From: Phycisphaeraceae bacterium
GTDB taxonomy: Bacteria > Planctomycetota > Phycisphaerae > Phycisphaerales > SM1A02
Direction: 5' to 3'
Assembly (NCBI GenBank): GCA_015709595.1
Contig: CP054178.1
Location: 1,553,205 to 1,617,204, forward strand
DNA: 64,000 bases
The notes beneath the pieces were generated by a model that had not been told where the DNA came from, searched no databases, and saw only the letters and a program-made list of their open reading frames with translations. The position numbers and the translations under genes are program-made. Within the stretch, counting starts at the first letter, position 1. Each line of letters starts with the position of its first letter. Shown here piece after piece: positions 47,285 to 58,914 of the stretch.

Positions 47285-47968
47285 TCACAGCAGTTCCGGA
47301 TTCTCCGGATCGGTCCAGCCGCTGGCGAGGTGGCGGACGATGCGTCCCGTCTCCAGGTAGATCACCTGCTCGCAGATGTTGGTGCAGTGATCCGCGGCCC
47401 GTTCGATCGACTTGGTGACGGCGTGGAGCCGGAAGGCGAAGTCAACGGGAAACGTGCCCGCCGCCACGCGCTTCTGGGCGTCGAGAAGAATCTCCCGCTT
47501 GAAGCGGTCCACGGTGTCGTCGAACTCGAGCACCGACTCGGCGGTGCGCACGTCGCGCGAGGCCAGGGCTCGGTTGGTGTCGCGGATCATGCCCACGACG
47601 CTGTTGGCCATCACGCGGAAGGTGGGGGGGATGGGCACGTTGCTGCCGTCGCCTTGCTTGACCGCCTCGGCGACGTTCACGGCGCAGTCGGCGATGCGCT
47701 CCAGCTCGTTGTTCACCTTCACGATGGTGAGGACCGAGCGGATGTTGTACTCGTCCGTCTCGCCCATGCCCAGCAGGGGGATGCAGGCCCGCTCGATCTC
47801 CACGTCCGCACGGTCGATGACGCGGTCGCCCTCGATGACCTGCTCGGCCTTGGCGACATCGTTGTCGAAGAAGCACTCCACGCCCCGCAGGAAAAGCTCC
47901 TGCACGCGCTGGGCCTGCACGACGATGTCGTTCTTCAGCCGGGCCAGATTGCGTTGAAAATCGCTCAC
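47285..47968 (-). CDS. phoU: Phosphate signalling regulator PhoU
   Basis: Two PhoU repeats: VNNELERIADCAVNVAE and VTKSIERAADHCTNICE. Start set at GTG (VSDFQRNL); the longer track ORF adds an implausible N-terminus. Confidence 0.85.
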   Translation of the reverse strand: MSDFQRNLARLKNDIVVQAQRVQELFLRGVECFFDNDVAKAEQVIEGDRVIDRADVEIERACIPLLGMGETDEYNIRSVLTIVKVNNELERIADCAVNVAEAVKQGDGSNVPIPPTFRVMANSVVGMIRDTNRALASRDVRTAESVLEFDDTVDRFKREILLDAQKRVAAGTFPVDFAFRLHAVTKSIERAADHCTNICEQVIYLETGRIVRHLASGWTDPENPELL

Positions 47969-48171
47969 GAACGGTTCATCCTTGCGCCGGCCGCGCGCCA
48001 CGATTGCGGTCGATGGGTGAGGATAGCCGGGAGAGGCCGGTTCGGAAGGGGCGTTCGGCTCCCGGCTCTCAGCGAAATGCAACGGGAGGCACGGAGACAC
48101 GGAGGTGAGAGGTCAGAGGTCAGAATGCTCCGCTGAATCGTGTCGGAGCGGATGATTGCAACGTCGAACCA

Positions 48172-48253
48172 ACCACTCCCTGACGGTCGTGGCTCGAAGA
48201 CTCGGCTTCTTGCTGATGGCCTCTTGCTGACGGCTGATAGCTGACGGCTGATG
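48172..48253. repeat. REP-A copy (48172-48194) followed by heptamer array (GCTGAYR)x4 at 48226-48253
   Basis: CCACTCCCTGACGGTCGTGGCTC, then GCTGACG GCTGATA GCTGACG GCTGATG. The heptamer is the reverse complement of the CGTCAGC array inside rimO. Confidence 0.8.
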
Positions 48254-48299
48254 GCGGCTCTCCCCGCCATCTTGTGAAGCCGCCGCGCGCCTCCTACTG

Positions 48300-49127
48300 T
48301 TGCGCGGTTCCCGGGAGTTTTCAGCCGTGATCGACACCGCCAGCGAGCCGCTCATCGAACTCGGCGTCAACATTGACCACGTCGCCACCGTGCGACAGGC
48401 GCGTCGGACGTACGAGCCCGACCCCGTGTGGGCGGCGGTGGAAGCCCATCTGGGCGGGGCGGACGGCATCACCGTCCACCTGCGCGAGGATCGGCGTCAC
48501 ATCCACGATGACGACGTGCGGCGGCTGGCGGAACTCGTCCACATCAAGCTCAACCTGGAGATGGCCGCGACGCAGGAGATGGTGGACTTCGCCTGCGCCA
48601 TCAAGCCGCAGCTCGCCATGCTGGTGCCAGAGAGCCGGCAGGAAGTGACCACCGAAGGCGGGCTGGACGTGGCGGGCCAGCAGCCGCGGATGAAGGACGT
48701 GGTCGCCCGGCTCGAGCAGCACGGCATCATCGTGAGCGCGTTCATCGACGCCGACGCCCGGCAGGTGGAGGCGGCGCGGGCGTGCGGCTTCCGCGTGTGC
48801 GAGATCCACACCGGCCCCTACGCCAACACCTTCTGGCGACAGGGACGCGACCCCGAAAGCCCCGCCGTCCAGGCCGAGCTGCGCAAGGTGCGCGAGGCGG
48901 GGGAACTCATCCGACAGGCGGGTCTGCGATTCAACGCCGGGCACGGGCTGAACTACTACAACGTCCAGCCGATCGCGGCGCTTCCGGGAGTGCGCGAACT
49001 GCATATCGGCCACTCCATCGTCAGCCGCGCGGTCATCGTGGGCATGCGGCAGGCGGTGGCGGAGATGAAACGGCTGATGCGAGAGGCGGCGACGGCGTCG
49101 CTGCGGGCGCGGCTTCTGACCGGATGA
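48300..49127 (+). CDS. pdxJ: Pyridoxine 5-phosphate synthase
   Basis: [39 protein letters not shown]-like CEIHTGPYA and NAGHGLNY. The start is TTG 48300 or GTG 48327. Confidence 0.9.
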   Translation: MRGSREFSAVIDTASEPLIELGVNIDHVATVRQARRTYEPDPVWAAVEAHLGGADGITVHLREDRRHIHDDDVRRLAELVHIKLNLEMAATQEMVDFACAIKPQLAMLVPESRQEVTTEGGLDVAGQQPRMKDVVARLEQHGIIVSAFIDADARQVEAARACGFRVCEIHTGPYANTFWRQGRDPESPAVQAELRKVREAGELIRQAGLRFNAGHGLNYYNVQPIAALPGVRELHIGHSIVSRAVIVGMRQAVAEMKRLMREAATASLRARLLTG

Positions 49128-49280
49128 CGGAGGACAGGTCCACGGATGAACACGGATGAACAGGGATGGTCAAAGACGAAGAGAATCGGCGGCTTCGACG
49201 GCGTACTTTCGTCCGTTGGTTCAAATGACGGAACGCATGTGCCGCCAGATCGACCTGCGATTGCGAGTCGCATGGGATCG

Positions 49281-49346
49281 ACCGCTCCCTCACGGTCGCG
49301 GCTCATTTCGGCTGGACATCCAAACGCTCCCTGACGGTCGCGGCAC
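49281..49346. repeat. Two REP-A copies in direct orientation (49281-49304, 49324-49346)
   Basis: ACCGCTCCCTCACGGTCGCGGCTC and ACGCTCCCTGACGGTCGCGGCAC, in the pdxJ-dapA intergenic region. Confidence 0.85.
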
Positions 49347-49487
49347 GTCGGATCCGAATCAGCCCGTCGGCGCATCATCTTCCACTGAACCATCCTCTCC
49401 ATCCGTGTGCATCAGTGGACTCTCTTCTCCTCTGCCTCTGTGCTCCCTACGGCTCCGTGGTGAATCATTCTCGACCAGGACACTCCC

Positions 49488-50399
49488 ATGATTGACTTCC
49501 GCGGCGCGTTCACGGCCATCGTCACTCCCTTCTCCGCCGACGGGCGATTCATCGACTTCGACCGGCTGGAAGCCAACATTCGTCACCAGGCCGAGGGCGG
49601 CGTGCGTGGCGTCGTCCCGTGCGGCACCACGGGCGAGTCGCCCACGCTCTCGGATGACGAACAGCGGGCCGTCATCGAGAAGGCCGTCGAGGTCGGCAGG
49701 CCGCTGGGGCTGATGATCGTGGCTGGCGCGGGATCGAACAACACCGCCCACGCCATCGAGATGCACCGCTTCGCCAAGCAGGCCGGGGCGGACGCCTCGC
49801 TCCAGGTCAACCCGTACTACAACAAGCCCTCGCAGGAGGGTCTGTACCGGCACTTCATGGCCATCGCCGATTCCGCCGCGCTGCCGATCATGCTCTACAA
49901 CATCCCGGGCCGCACCGGCGTGGCGCTCAACCCGGACACGGTGGCGCGGCTGTCGAAGCATCCCAACATCCGCGCGGTGAAGGAAGCCACCGGCTCGATG
50001 GACTCAGCCAGCGAGATCATCGAGAAGTCCACCAACATGCAGCTGCTCTCGGGCGACGACTCGATGACCCTGCCCTTCGCCAGCGTGGGAGGCGTGGGCG
50101 TGGTGTCGGTGGTGTCGAACATCCTGCCGGACAAGGTGAGCGCGCTCTGCGCCGCGTTCAACGCCCCCGGCGGAGGCGACTGGAAGAAGGCCCGCTCGCT
50201 GCACTACGAACTGTTCGCCGTCAGCCGCGGGCTGCTCTCGCTGGACACGAACCCGATTCCGATCAAGACCGCCATGAAGATTCTGGGCCGCGACACCGGC
50301 GCGCTGCGCCTGCCCATGTGCCCGCCGGGCGAGGCGGTGGCGGCGAGGATCCGGGCCCTGCTGGAATCCGCGGGGATTCGTGAGCAGCAGGCGGCCTGA
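49488..50399 (+). CDS. dapA: 4-hydroxy-tetrahydrodipicolinate synthase
   Basis: GAFTAIVTPF, VPCGTTGESPTLS, NPYYNKPSQEGLY, YNIPGRTG and VKEATG (Schiff-base Lys). Confidence 0.93.
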   Translation: MIDFRGAFTAIVTPFSADGRFIDFDRLEANIRHQAEGGVRGVVPCGTTGESPTLSDDEQRAVIEKAVEVGRPLGLMIVAGAGSNNTAHAIEMHRFAKQAGADASLQVNPYYNKPSQEGLYRHFMAIADSAALPIMLYNIPGRTGVALNPDTVARLSKHPNIRAVKEATGSMDSASEIIEKSTNMQLLSGDDSMTLPFASVGGVGVVSVVSNILPDKVSALCAAFNAPGGGDWKKARSLHYELFAVSRGLLSLDTNPIPIKTAMKILGRDTGALRLPMCPPGEAVAARIRALLESAGIREQQAA

Positions 50400-50436
50400 G
50401 CGGCGACGCGAGCGTGTTCCCGCAGGGATCAGGCGA

Positions 50437-53157
50437 TTACTCCGCCGTCAACTCCACCCAGTCGAAGTACGACTCGAAGGTGAACGCAAACACCGGTACG
50501 ACCACGATGTGCCGCACCTGCAGTTCGATCGCGCCGTCGCTTCGCACGTACTTCGTCGCGTCGAGCCCCGTGACGGTGTGAATGGCCTCGGTGCTGCCGA
50601 TGGCGTACTGGCTGATCGTCTCCAACTGCGTGGTGTTCCAGTTGCGCAGTCGCAGCCGCGCCGTGCCGGTGGTCTGGTTGATGCGAGACTCGACCGCAAG
50701 GTCGAGCGTCGTGGGGCTGGGCCGATCGGTCGTCGCCAGCACCGTCATCTCCAGCGAGTGGAGGTCGGTGAAGGTGGCGCCATAACCGGAGCGCGTGCGC
50801 AGCACGATGTCGTCCGACTCGCGCAGCGAACCAACATCGCCCGCCAGAACCTGCCCGCGCGTCACGGCGATGCCCGTCAGGTCCGCCGGCAGCAGCACGT
50901 CCGCCAGGTAGATGCCCCGCCCGTGCGTCACGGCCATCAGCGTGGCGTTGTCCTTCCAGATCAGTTCCTCCACCGGCACGGTGCCTGGGCCGTCGGTCAC
51001 CACGTTCCACGTCGCGCCGTCATTGCGTGAGGTGAAGACGCCGATGTCCGTGCCCACGTAGATCCAGCCGGGCCTGGTGCGGTGGATGTTCAGCGCGCTC
51101 GCGGGGGCCGACGGCAGCGCGGTCAGGCCCGAGCCGGTGATGCGCGTCCACGTCTGGCCCGCGTTGTCGGTGCGCCACACGTTGTCCGGCTCCCAGCCCA
51201 TCACCGCCACATACACGCGGCTGTGGTTGGTGCGGTCGATGACGATGCGCGACACCCAGCGGTCGGGCAGCCCCGGGCTGTTGCCATCCACGCGCGTCCA
51301 CGCGGGGCTGGTGGCCGTGCCGTTGGTGGTGAACCACACCTCGCCGTTGTTGTGTCCGACCCAGATGATGTCGGAGTTACCCTCGGCGACCGCGATCGTC
51401 GAGATGTTGCGCGGATCGTTGCCCGCAAAGTGGGCCTGGTCCGGCGCCTTCGGCGCATCGGGATCCTCGGGACCGATGGAATCCTTGATCGAGGCCCACG
51501 AAGGCGTGGCCGCCTTCACGTTGTTGCTGCGCCAGAGACGCCGCCCGGCGACCAGCATGCGGTTGGGGTTGTTGGGGTCGAGCATGAAGTAGGGGATGAA
51601 GTTGACCGCCGTGGTGCCCGCGTCGGTGATGCCCTGGTAGATGTAGCTGGCGCTGCCGCCCGCGTTGGTGCTGCGGAAGATGCGGGCGTACTGCACCTCG
51701 CCATAGAAGTAGTTGGGGTCGGTGGGGTCGGCGGCGGAGTACCCGCCGTCGCCGCCGAACAGCGAGTTCCACGCCTGCGGATCGCCGGTGAAGCGCAGCG
51801 TGCCGTTGTCCTGCGTGCCGCCGACCACGCGCCCGGTCGTGGGGTTGATGCCCGCGCCGTAGAACTGCGTGATGCCCAGGTTGTTGTTGAGCGCGGTGAC
51901 GGCGGTGCCGTACACGTCGGTGGTGCGGTAGAGGCCGCCGTCCGTGGCGAAGTAGACCGTCCGATTGGTTGTTCCATTGAAGCCCGGATGATGAACGATG
52001 TTGTGCATGTCGGCGTGGGCGCTGTTGAAGCGCTGGGCGAACGTCACACCACCATCGGATGAGCGGTAGAGCCAGACGCCGCCGAGGATGAGGAAGTCCG
52101 GATTGGTGGGGTCAACCCAGATGGTGTTGTTGTACGAGGCGTAGGTGGAGATGCCGCTACCGCTGGTTCGCAGGGCGTAGGTCTGCCCGCCGTCGATGGA
52201 GCGCCAGACGCGGATGCGGTCGCCGTCCTCGCTCACCGCGGCGTAGACGACGCTCGGATTGCCCGGGGCGTAGCAGAGTTCCTGCCGGTGTCCGCCCGCG
52301 CCGGTGGCCTGCTGCCAGGATTGTCCGCCGTCGGTGGAGAACCACGGGCCGTCCTCGGCGTGGTGGCCTCCCGCCACGGCTCTGTTGCCGTCGGTGGGGT
52401 GGTAGCGCACATCCAGCGCGTTGAACGTACTCGTCTGCGTCCACGTCTCGCCGCCGTCGGTGGATCGCCACACGCCGCTGCCGCACGCGGCGAGCATGAT
52501 GTCCGGGTCCGCCGGGCTGAAGGCGAGCCGGTTGACCCAGTAGAAGTCCTCGTTGGCGGTGGAAGGAATCTGCTGCCACGTGGCGCCGCCGTCGATGGAC
52601 CTGAAGATGCCCGCTCCGCGCACGGCGGCGGTATTGCTGGAGCCGCCCACCGTTTCGAAGAATCCTTCGCCGGTGCCGACGAAGAGCACATCCGGGTTCG
52701 TCGGGTGGATCACCATGCACCCGACGGCCAGCGAGGCCATGAAGTCATCCATGGGCTGCCAGAGTCCGCCGCCGTTGGTGGTCTTCCACACGCCTCCGCT
52801 GGCGGCGCCGACCCACATGATGTTGGGATCGTTGGGGTGGAAGATGACGGGCCGAATTCGCCCGCCGATGTTGCCGGGTCCGATCCAGGTCCATCGCTCG
52901 GGGTCGATGCCGCCGCCCAGCCCGCGGTTGAGCACCATCGAATCGCGGTGAAGTTTGGCGTTCCACAGGGCGTTGGGCGGGATCGTGCCGTCCTCGCTCA
53001 GGCGCGCCTGCCAGCGCTGGATCGCCGCGGCGATGGGTGAGTCGGGCCTCTCATCGCCCTCCCGGGCGACGTGCGGCGCGGCGCAGCCGGTGACCGCCAA
53101 GGCGCTGCTGACCAGGCCCAGCCAGGTCCGTCGGTGGGTGTGATGGCGAGTGTTCAT
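50437..53157 (-). CDS. Secreted BNR/Asp-box repeat beta-propeller protein (sortilin/GH74-like), lipoprotein signal
   Basis: At least seven SxDxGxTW-type boxes are present, including SIDGGATWQQ, STDGGETWTQ, STDGGQSWQQ, SIDGGQTY, SSDGGVTF, TDNAGQTWTR and RNDGATWN. Start at MNTRHH... (LAVTGC lipobox), with GGAGGA upstream. Confidence 0.8.
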   Translation of the reverse strand: MNTRHHTHRRTWLGLVSSALAVTGCAAPHVAREGDERPDSPIAAAIQRWQARLSEDGTIPPNALWNAKLHRDSMVLNRGLGGGIDPERWTWIGPGNIGGRIRPVIFHPNDPNIMWVGAASGGVWKTTNGGGLWQPMDDFMASLAVGCMVIHPTNPDVLFVGTGEGFFETVGGSSNTAAVRGAGIFRSIDGGATWQQIPSTANEDFYWVNRLAFSPADPDIMLAACGSGVWRSTDGGETWTQTSTFNALDVRYHPTDGNRAVAGGHHAEDGPWFSTDGGQSWQQATGAGGHRQELCYAPGNPSVVYAAVSEDGDRIRVWRSIDGGQTYALRTSGSGISTYASYNNTIWVDPTNPDFLILGGVWLYRSSDGGVTFAQRFNSAHADMHNIVHHPGFNGTTNRTVYFATDGGLYRTTDVYGTAVTALNNNLGITQFYGAGINPTTGRVVGGTQDNGTLRFTGDPQAWNSLFGGDGGYSAADPTDPNYFYGEVQYARIFRSTNAGGSASYIYQGITDAGTTAVNFIPYFMLDPNNPNRMLVAGRRLWRSNNVKAATPSWASIKDSIGPEDPDAPKAPDQAHFAGNDPRNISTIAVAEGNSDIIWVGHNNGEVWFTTNGTATSPAWTRVDGNSPGLPDRWVSRIVIDRTNHSRVYVAVMGWEPDNVWRTDNAGQTWTRITGSGLTALPSAPASALNIHRTRPGWIYVGTDIGVFTSRNDGATWNVVTDGPGTVPVEELIWKDNATLMAVTHGRGIYLADVLLPADLTGIAVTRGQVLAGDVGSLRESDDIVLRTRSGYGATFTDLHSLEMTVLATTDRPSPTTLDLAVESRINQTTGTARLRLRNWNTTQLETISQYAIGSTEAIHTVTGLDATKYVRSDGAIELQVRHIVVVPVFAFTFESYFDWVELTAE

Positions 53158-53297
53158 CCCCGTTTCCTCCGCGCGTGCGAGCCGCCCGCCGGTTCGGGTC
53201 GGCGCGGCGCATGGTACCGCGCGGGGGGTTCCTTCCAATGGTCATTTCATGCGAATCGCGCCGCCTTGAGACTCACGCCCGCGCCGTAGAATCGCCC

Positions 53298-54347
53298 ATG
53301 CCCAGCATGAATGCCGTCGTCGTGTCGAGGCAGGGGAAGCCCGTGGCGCCCAACGTGGCGTACGTGACCGACTTTCCCGCGCCCGAGCCGGGGCCGGGCG
53401 AAGCCCTGATCCGCACCGAGGCCAGCGCGCTCAACCACCTGGACCTGTGGGTGGGCCACGGGTTGCCGGGGCTTGATCTCACGTACCCGCGCATCGGCGG
53501 GTCGGATGGCGCGGGCATCGTGGAGCGCGTGGGGCCGGGGGTGGACCAGGCGTGGGTCGGGAAGCGCGTGCTGCTCAACGCCGCCAAGCCGCAGGTCGAG
53601 AAGCCGCTTCCGGGGCGAACCCCCGCGCCGCCCGACATCGTGATGATCGGCGAGCACGAGAACGGGGCGCATGCGCAGTTCTTCGTCGCCCCCGTCGCCA
53701 ATCTGCTCGACGTGGGCGACGCCGACCCGGCGCAGGCGGCGGCGATCGGGCTGACCCACCTGACCGCCTGGCGCATGCTGCGCACCCGCGCGGGGCTGAA
53801 GCCCGGCATGACCGTGCTCATCACCGGCATCGGGGGCGGGGTGGCGCTGGCGGCGCTCAACATCTGCCGCCATTTCGGCTGCACCACCATCGTCACCAGC
53901 CGCCACCCGTGGAAACTCGACAAGGCGAAGGCGCTGGGCGCGACGCACGGCGTCCTGGACGCTGGCGCCCCCGGCGGCGACTGGTCGCGCGAGGTGCGCA
54001 CGCTCACCGGCAAGCGGGGCGTCGATATCTGCGTCGATTCCATCGGCAAGGCGGTGCACCTGGCGGGCGTGAAGTCGCTGGCGCGCGGCGGCGTCTACGT
54101 CACGTGCGGCTGCACCACCGGGGCGGATGCCATCACCGACCTGGCGCGGGTGTTCTGGAATCAACTCTCGATCGTCGGCTCCACGATGGGCGACATGCAG
54201 GAATTCCGCGAGGTCGTCGCGATGTTCCGCGCCGGGTCGATCACGCCCGTCATCGAGCACGTCTTCGCGCCCACCGAGGCGCGCCGGGCGTACGAAACCC
54301 TCGAAAAGGGCGAGCAGTTCGGCAAGATCGTCTTCCGCTGGTCGTAG
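53298..54347 (+). CDS. Zinc-type alcohol dehydrogenase / quinone oxidoreductase (MDR family)
   Basis: EALIRTEASALNHLDLW, GSDGAGIV, and the Rossmann motif VLITGIGGGVALAAL. Confidence 0.8.
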   Translation: MPSMNAVVVSRQGKPVAPNVAYVTDFPAPEPGPGEALIRTEASALNHLDLWVGHGLPGLDLTYPRIGGSDGAGIVERVGPGVDQAWVGKRVLLNAAKPQVEKPLPGRTPAPPDIVMIGEHENGAHAQFFVAPVANLLDVGDADPAQAAAIGLTHLTAWRMLRTRAGLKPGMTVLITGIGGGVALAALNICRHFGCTTIVTSRHPWKLDKAKALGATHGVLDAGAPGGDWSREVRTLTGKRGVDICVDSIGKAVHLAGVKSLARGGVYVTCGCTTGADAITDLARVFWNQLSIVGSTMGDMQEFREVVAMFRAGSITPVIEHVFAPTEARRAYETLEKGEQFGKIVFRWS

Positions 54348-54356
54348 GCGCGGCCA

Positions 54357-55304
54357 TCACCCCGCGGGATACTGCGGGCGCTGACCTTCAAGCACCGCCA
54401 GTACGTCCTTCACCACCCATGACATGTTGGTCATGGCGGTCTCGGTGCGGCCGGCCAGATGCGGGTAGAGGTTGGCGTTCTTCAGCCCCAGCAGCGGGTA
54501 GCCCGGTTCGATCGGCTCCGGCTCATGCACGTCGATCATGGCCTGTGCGTGCGGATTGCGCTTGAGAAACGTCGCCAAGGCGGACGCATCCACCACCATG
54601 CCCCGGCTGGTGTTGATGAACAGCGCATCCCGCTTCATGCGGTTGATGAGGTCGGCGTTGACGAAGCCCTTGTTGGACGGGCGGCTGTCGATGTGGATCG
54701 AAACGATGTCGCTCTTCTCAAACAGCTGCGGCGCCACCACCATCTGAGCCCCGTGACGCTGGTTGAGCGGAATGTTGGCGATGTCGTGGTAGAGCACCTG
54801 GCAGCCGATAGCGCCCGCCACCTGCGCCACGCGCTTGCCGATGCGCCCCAGCCCGAGGATGCCGAGCGTCAGGTCGCTGATCTGGCGTCGTCCGAAGGTC
54901 TCCTGACGCAGCTTCTCCCACGCCTTCCTGTCGAGCGGTTCGGAGACGGTGACGCGCGGACGCAGGGCGTCGCAGATGAGCGCCAGCACGTACTCCACCA
55001 CGGCCTGGGTGTTGGAGTCCGGCGCATAGACCACCTTGACGCCCTTGGCGCGGCAGGCGGGCAGGTCGATGTTCTCCAGGCCGATGCCGGCCCGCCCGAT
55101 GACGCGAAGGCGCGGGGCCTTGTCGAGCAGCGGCCTGTTCACCTGCGTGTAGGTGCGCACGATCAGACCGTCGGCGGTGGCGAGCGCCGCGTCGAACTTC
55201 GGGTCGTCATGCGGCACCACGACGAGATTGGCGCGTGAAGCCAGCCACCTGGCGGGCTCGGACGACAGGTGCTCGCTCTGGATGATCTTGAAGCGCTCGC
55301 TCAC
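54357..55304 (-). CDS. D-isomer specific 2-hydroxyacid dehydrogenase (phosphoglycerate dehydrogenase-like)
   Basis: LTLGILGLGRIGKRVA (NAD fold), SIHIDSRPSNKG, and INTSRG...D catalytic region. GTG start chosen at VSERFKI. Confidence 0.8.
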   Translation of the reverse strand: MSERFKIIQSEHLSSEPARWLASRANLVVVPHDDPKFDAALATADGLIVRTYTQVNRPLLDKAPRLRVIGRAGIGLENIDLPACRAKGVKVVYAPDSNTQAVVEYVLALICDALRPRVTVSEPLDRKAWEKLRQETFGRRQISDLTLGILGLGRIGKRVAQVAGAIGCQVLYHDIANIPLNQRHGAQMVVAPQLFEKSDIVSIHIDSRPSNKGFVNADLINRMKRDALFINTSRGMVVDASALATFLKRNPHAQAMIDVHEPEPIEPGYPLLGLKNANLYPHLAGRTETAMTNMSWVVKDVLAVLEGQRPQYPAG

Positions 55305-55564
55305 GATGATGCTGCCTGGTTCCGGTGTCGCACGCGGCGCCTCGCACGGGGGACGGCGTGAATCAGTTGGATAGCCGTTCGGCGCGCTCCGGTCAAGCGC
55401 GGATGATGATTCACGCTCATCCACAAGGCATCGACACGTTGCATCGCGGCGCGTTGACACGACGCCGTGCGCCGATACATTGGCCGTGTGACCTGAGTGC
55501 CGCGGACGACGCGGGGGGCGTCCGATCAACGATCATCCGAACCACCAGCCATGAGGAGTGTCGC

Positions 55565-55834
55565 ATGAACAAGGGCGAGTTGATTGAGGCCGTCGCCGCC
55601 GAACTGGGCGAATCCAAGGCGCAGGCGTCGCGGGCCGTGGAGGCGATCATCAAGGCCATCTCCACCGGCGTGAAGAAGGACGACGCGGTGACCATTGTCG
55701 GCTTCGGCACGTTTCAGAAGAAGACGCGGGCCGCGCGCACGGGGCGCAACCCGGCCACCGGCGAGCCGATGAAGATCAAGGCCACCAAGACGGTGGGGTT
55801 CAAGCCCAGCCCGTCGCTCAAGAGCTCGCTCTGA
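55565..55834 (+). CDS. hup: Nucleoid protein HU
   Basis: MNKGELIEAVAAELGESKAQASRAVEAIIKAI...IVGFGTFQKKTRAARTGRNPATGEPMKI. Confidence 0.9.
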   Translation: MNKGELIEAVAAELGESKAQASRAVEAIIKAISTGVKKDDAVTIVGFGTFQKKTRAARTGRNPATGEPMKIKATKTVGFKPSPSLKSSL

Positions 55835-55921
55835 CGCGCCCGCCGCGTCGTTCATTGCATCCAGCCATGTCACGGGGGTCGATCCGACGGATCGGCCCCC
55901 GGTTCTGTTTCGGAGGATGCC

Positions 55922-56263
55922 ATGCACACGCTTGTTCATCTGGTGCTTCCCGAGGAGCCGGGACCGGAGCACATCCGTGACGGCTGCTATCACCCACCCG
56001 GCGCCGGAGCGGACGCCCTGACCCTCTGCGCCGCCAGCGTCGATCAGGTGTTCGAGATCGCCGCCCATCGCTTCACGCACCACCCCTCGCTGGTGGTCTG
56101 GTCGATCGACGCGGATCGGCTGAGCCGGCCCGTGGTGATGCGTCCGCTGGCTGACCGTCCGGCGGAGGTGCGGCCGCATCTGCAGGGCGCGATCGAACTG
56201 AGCGCGGTGGTGGACCGGCGTCACATCGTCCGACGCGCCGGACGGTGGCGCTGGGAGACCTGA
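55922..56263 (+). CDS. DUF952-like protein
   Basis: 113 aa. ...LVVWSIDADRL...RPHLQGAIELSAVV resembles the DUF952 ...FPHLYGPL...AV end. Confidence 0.5.
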   Translation: MHTLVHLVLPEEPGPEHIRDGCYHPPGAGADALTLCAASVDQVFEIAAHRFTHHPSLVVWSIDADRLSRPVVMRPLADRPAEVRPHLQGAIELSAVVDRRHIVRRAGRWRWET

Positions 56264-56287
56264 CCGGCTCAGTCGTGGTAGCGCGCG

Positions 56288-56839
56288 TCAACCGATGGGA
56301 AACGTCCGCACCTCCACGTGCTCCGCGCCGTCGGGCCTGAGCACGCTGCGCATGAGGCGCACCTGGTCCACGTGGAACGGCTCGATGGCGCGGCCCGGGC
56401 CGACGTCGCTCAACCGCGATGGCGAACGGAAGCGGCAGAGCGTGAAGTGGGGCAGGAATCGTTCCACGTCACGGTCGCGCACGTTGCGGGCCAGCCGGTG
56501 GGCCAGCCGGCGGTGAATCTCCATCAGGTCGGGCGGCGCGTCCGTCTCGCAGGCGATCAGCCGAGCCGGACCCTGCTGGGGCAGGGCGATCAGCCGCCGC
56601 GGCGCGAGCGTGAAGGGCTTGAGCCCCGCCACGCTGCGTTCGATGGATTCCAGCACGCTGTCCATCTCCGCCGCGGGCGTGTCGCCGAGAAACAGCGCCG
56701 TCAGGTGAATCTGCTCCATCGGCGTCTCGCGGTGAGCCGGCAGCGTGAGCTTGCGCAGGGCGTTGCGCATCGAGCGGGCCGCGTCGGGAGGCGGGTAGAC
56801 CGCCACGAACAGACGCTGGTTGGCGATGGGACGCGACAT
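56288..56839 (-). CDS. thpR: RNA 2',3'-cyclic phosphodiesterase (2H family, ThpR/LigT)
   Basis: Two HxT motifs, IHLTALFLG and PHFTLCRF, at the expected spacing. Start at MSRPIANQRLFVAV. Confidence 0.75.
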   Translation of the reverse strand: MSRPIANQRLFVAVYPPPDAARSMRNALRKLTLPAHRETPMEQIHLTALFLGDTPAAEMDSVLESIERSVAGLKPFTLAPRRLIALPQQGPARLIACETDAPPDLMEIHRRLAHRLARNVRDRDVERFLPHFTLCRFRSPSRLSDVGPGRAIEPFHVDQVRLMRSVLRPDGAEHVEVRTFPIG

Positions 56840-56847
56840 GGTGGACG

Positions 56848-58819
<1,972 letters not shown>

Positions 58820-58914
58820 GCGACATGTGCGATGGGTGCTATCGCGAGACGCTATGATCGGTGGCTCTCAGCGGTTGAACAATCGGCGGACTTCTAGAAG
58901 CGGCTGGAATCACG

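Noticed and set aside
46172-48136. 654-aa plus-strand ORF spanning the UDPGP and phoU genes
   Set aside because: Antisense to two genes with clear family motifs, and no motifs of its own.
56365-56379. parS-like half match GGTCCACGTGGAACG inside thpR
   Set aside because: It has a mismatch that breaks the palindrome arm, lies inside a coding region and is far from parB. It is probably chance in GC-rich DNA, and I cannot evaluate that without a genome-wide count.
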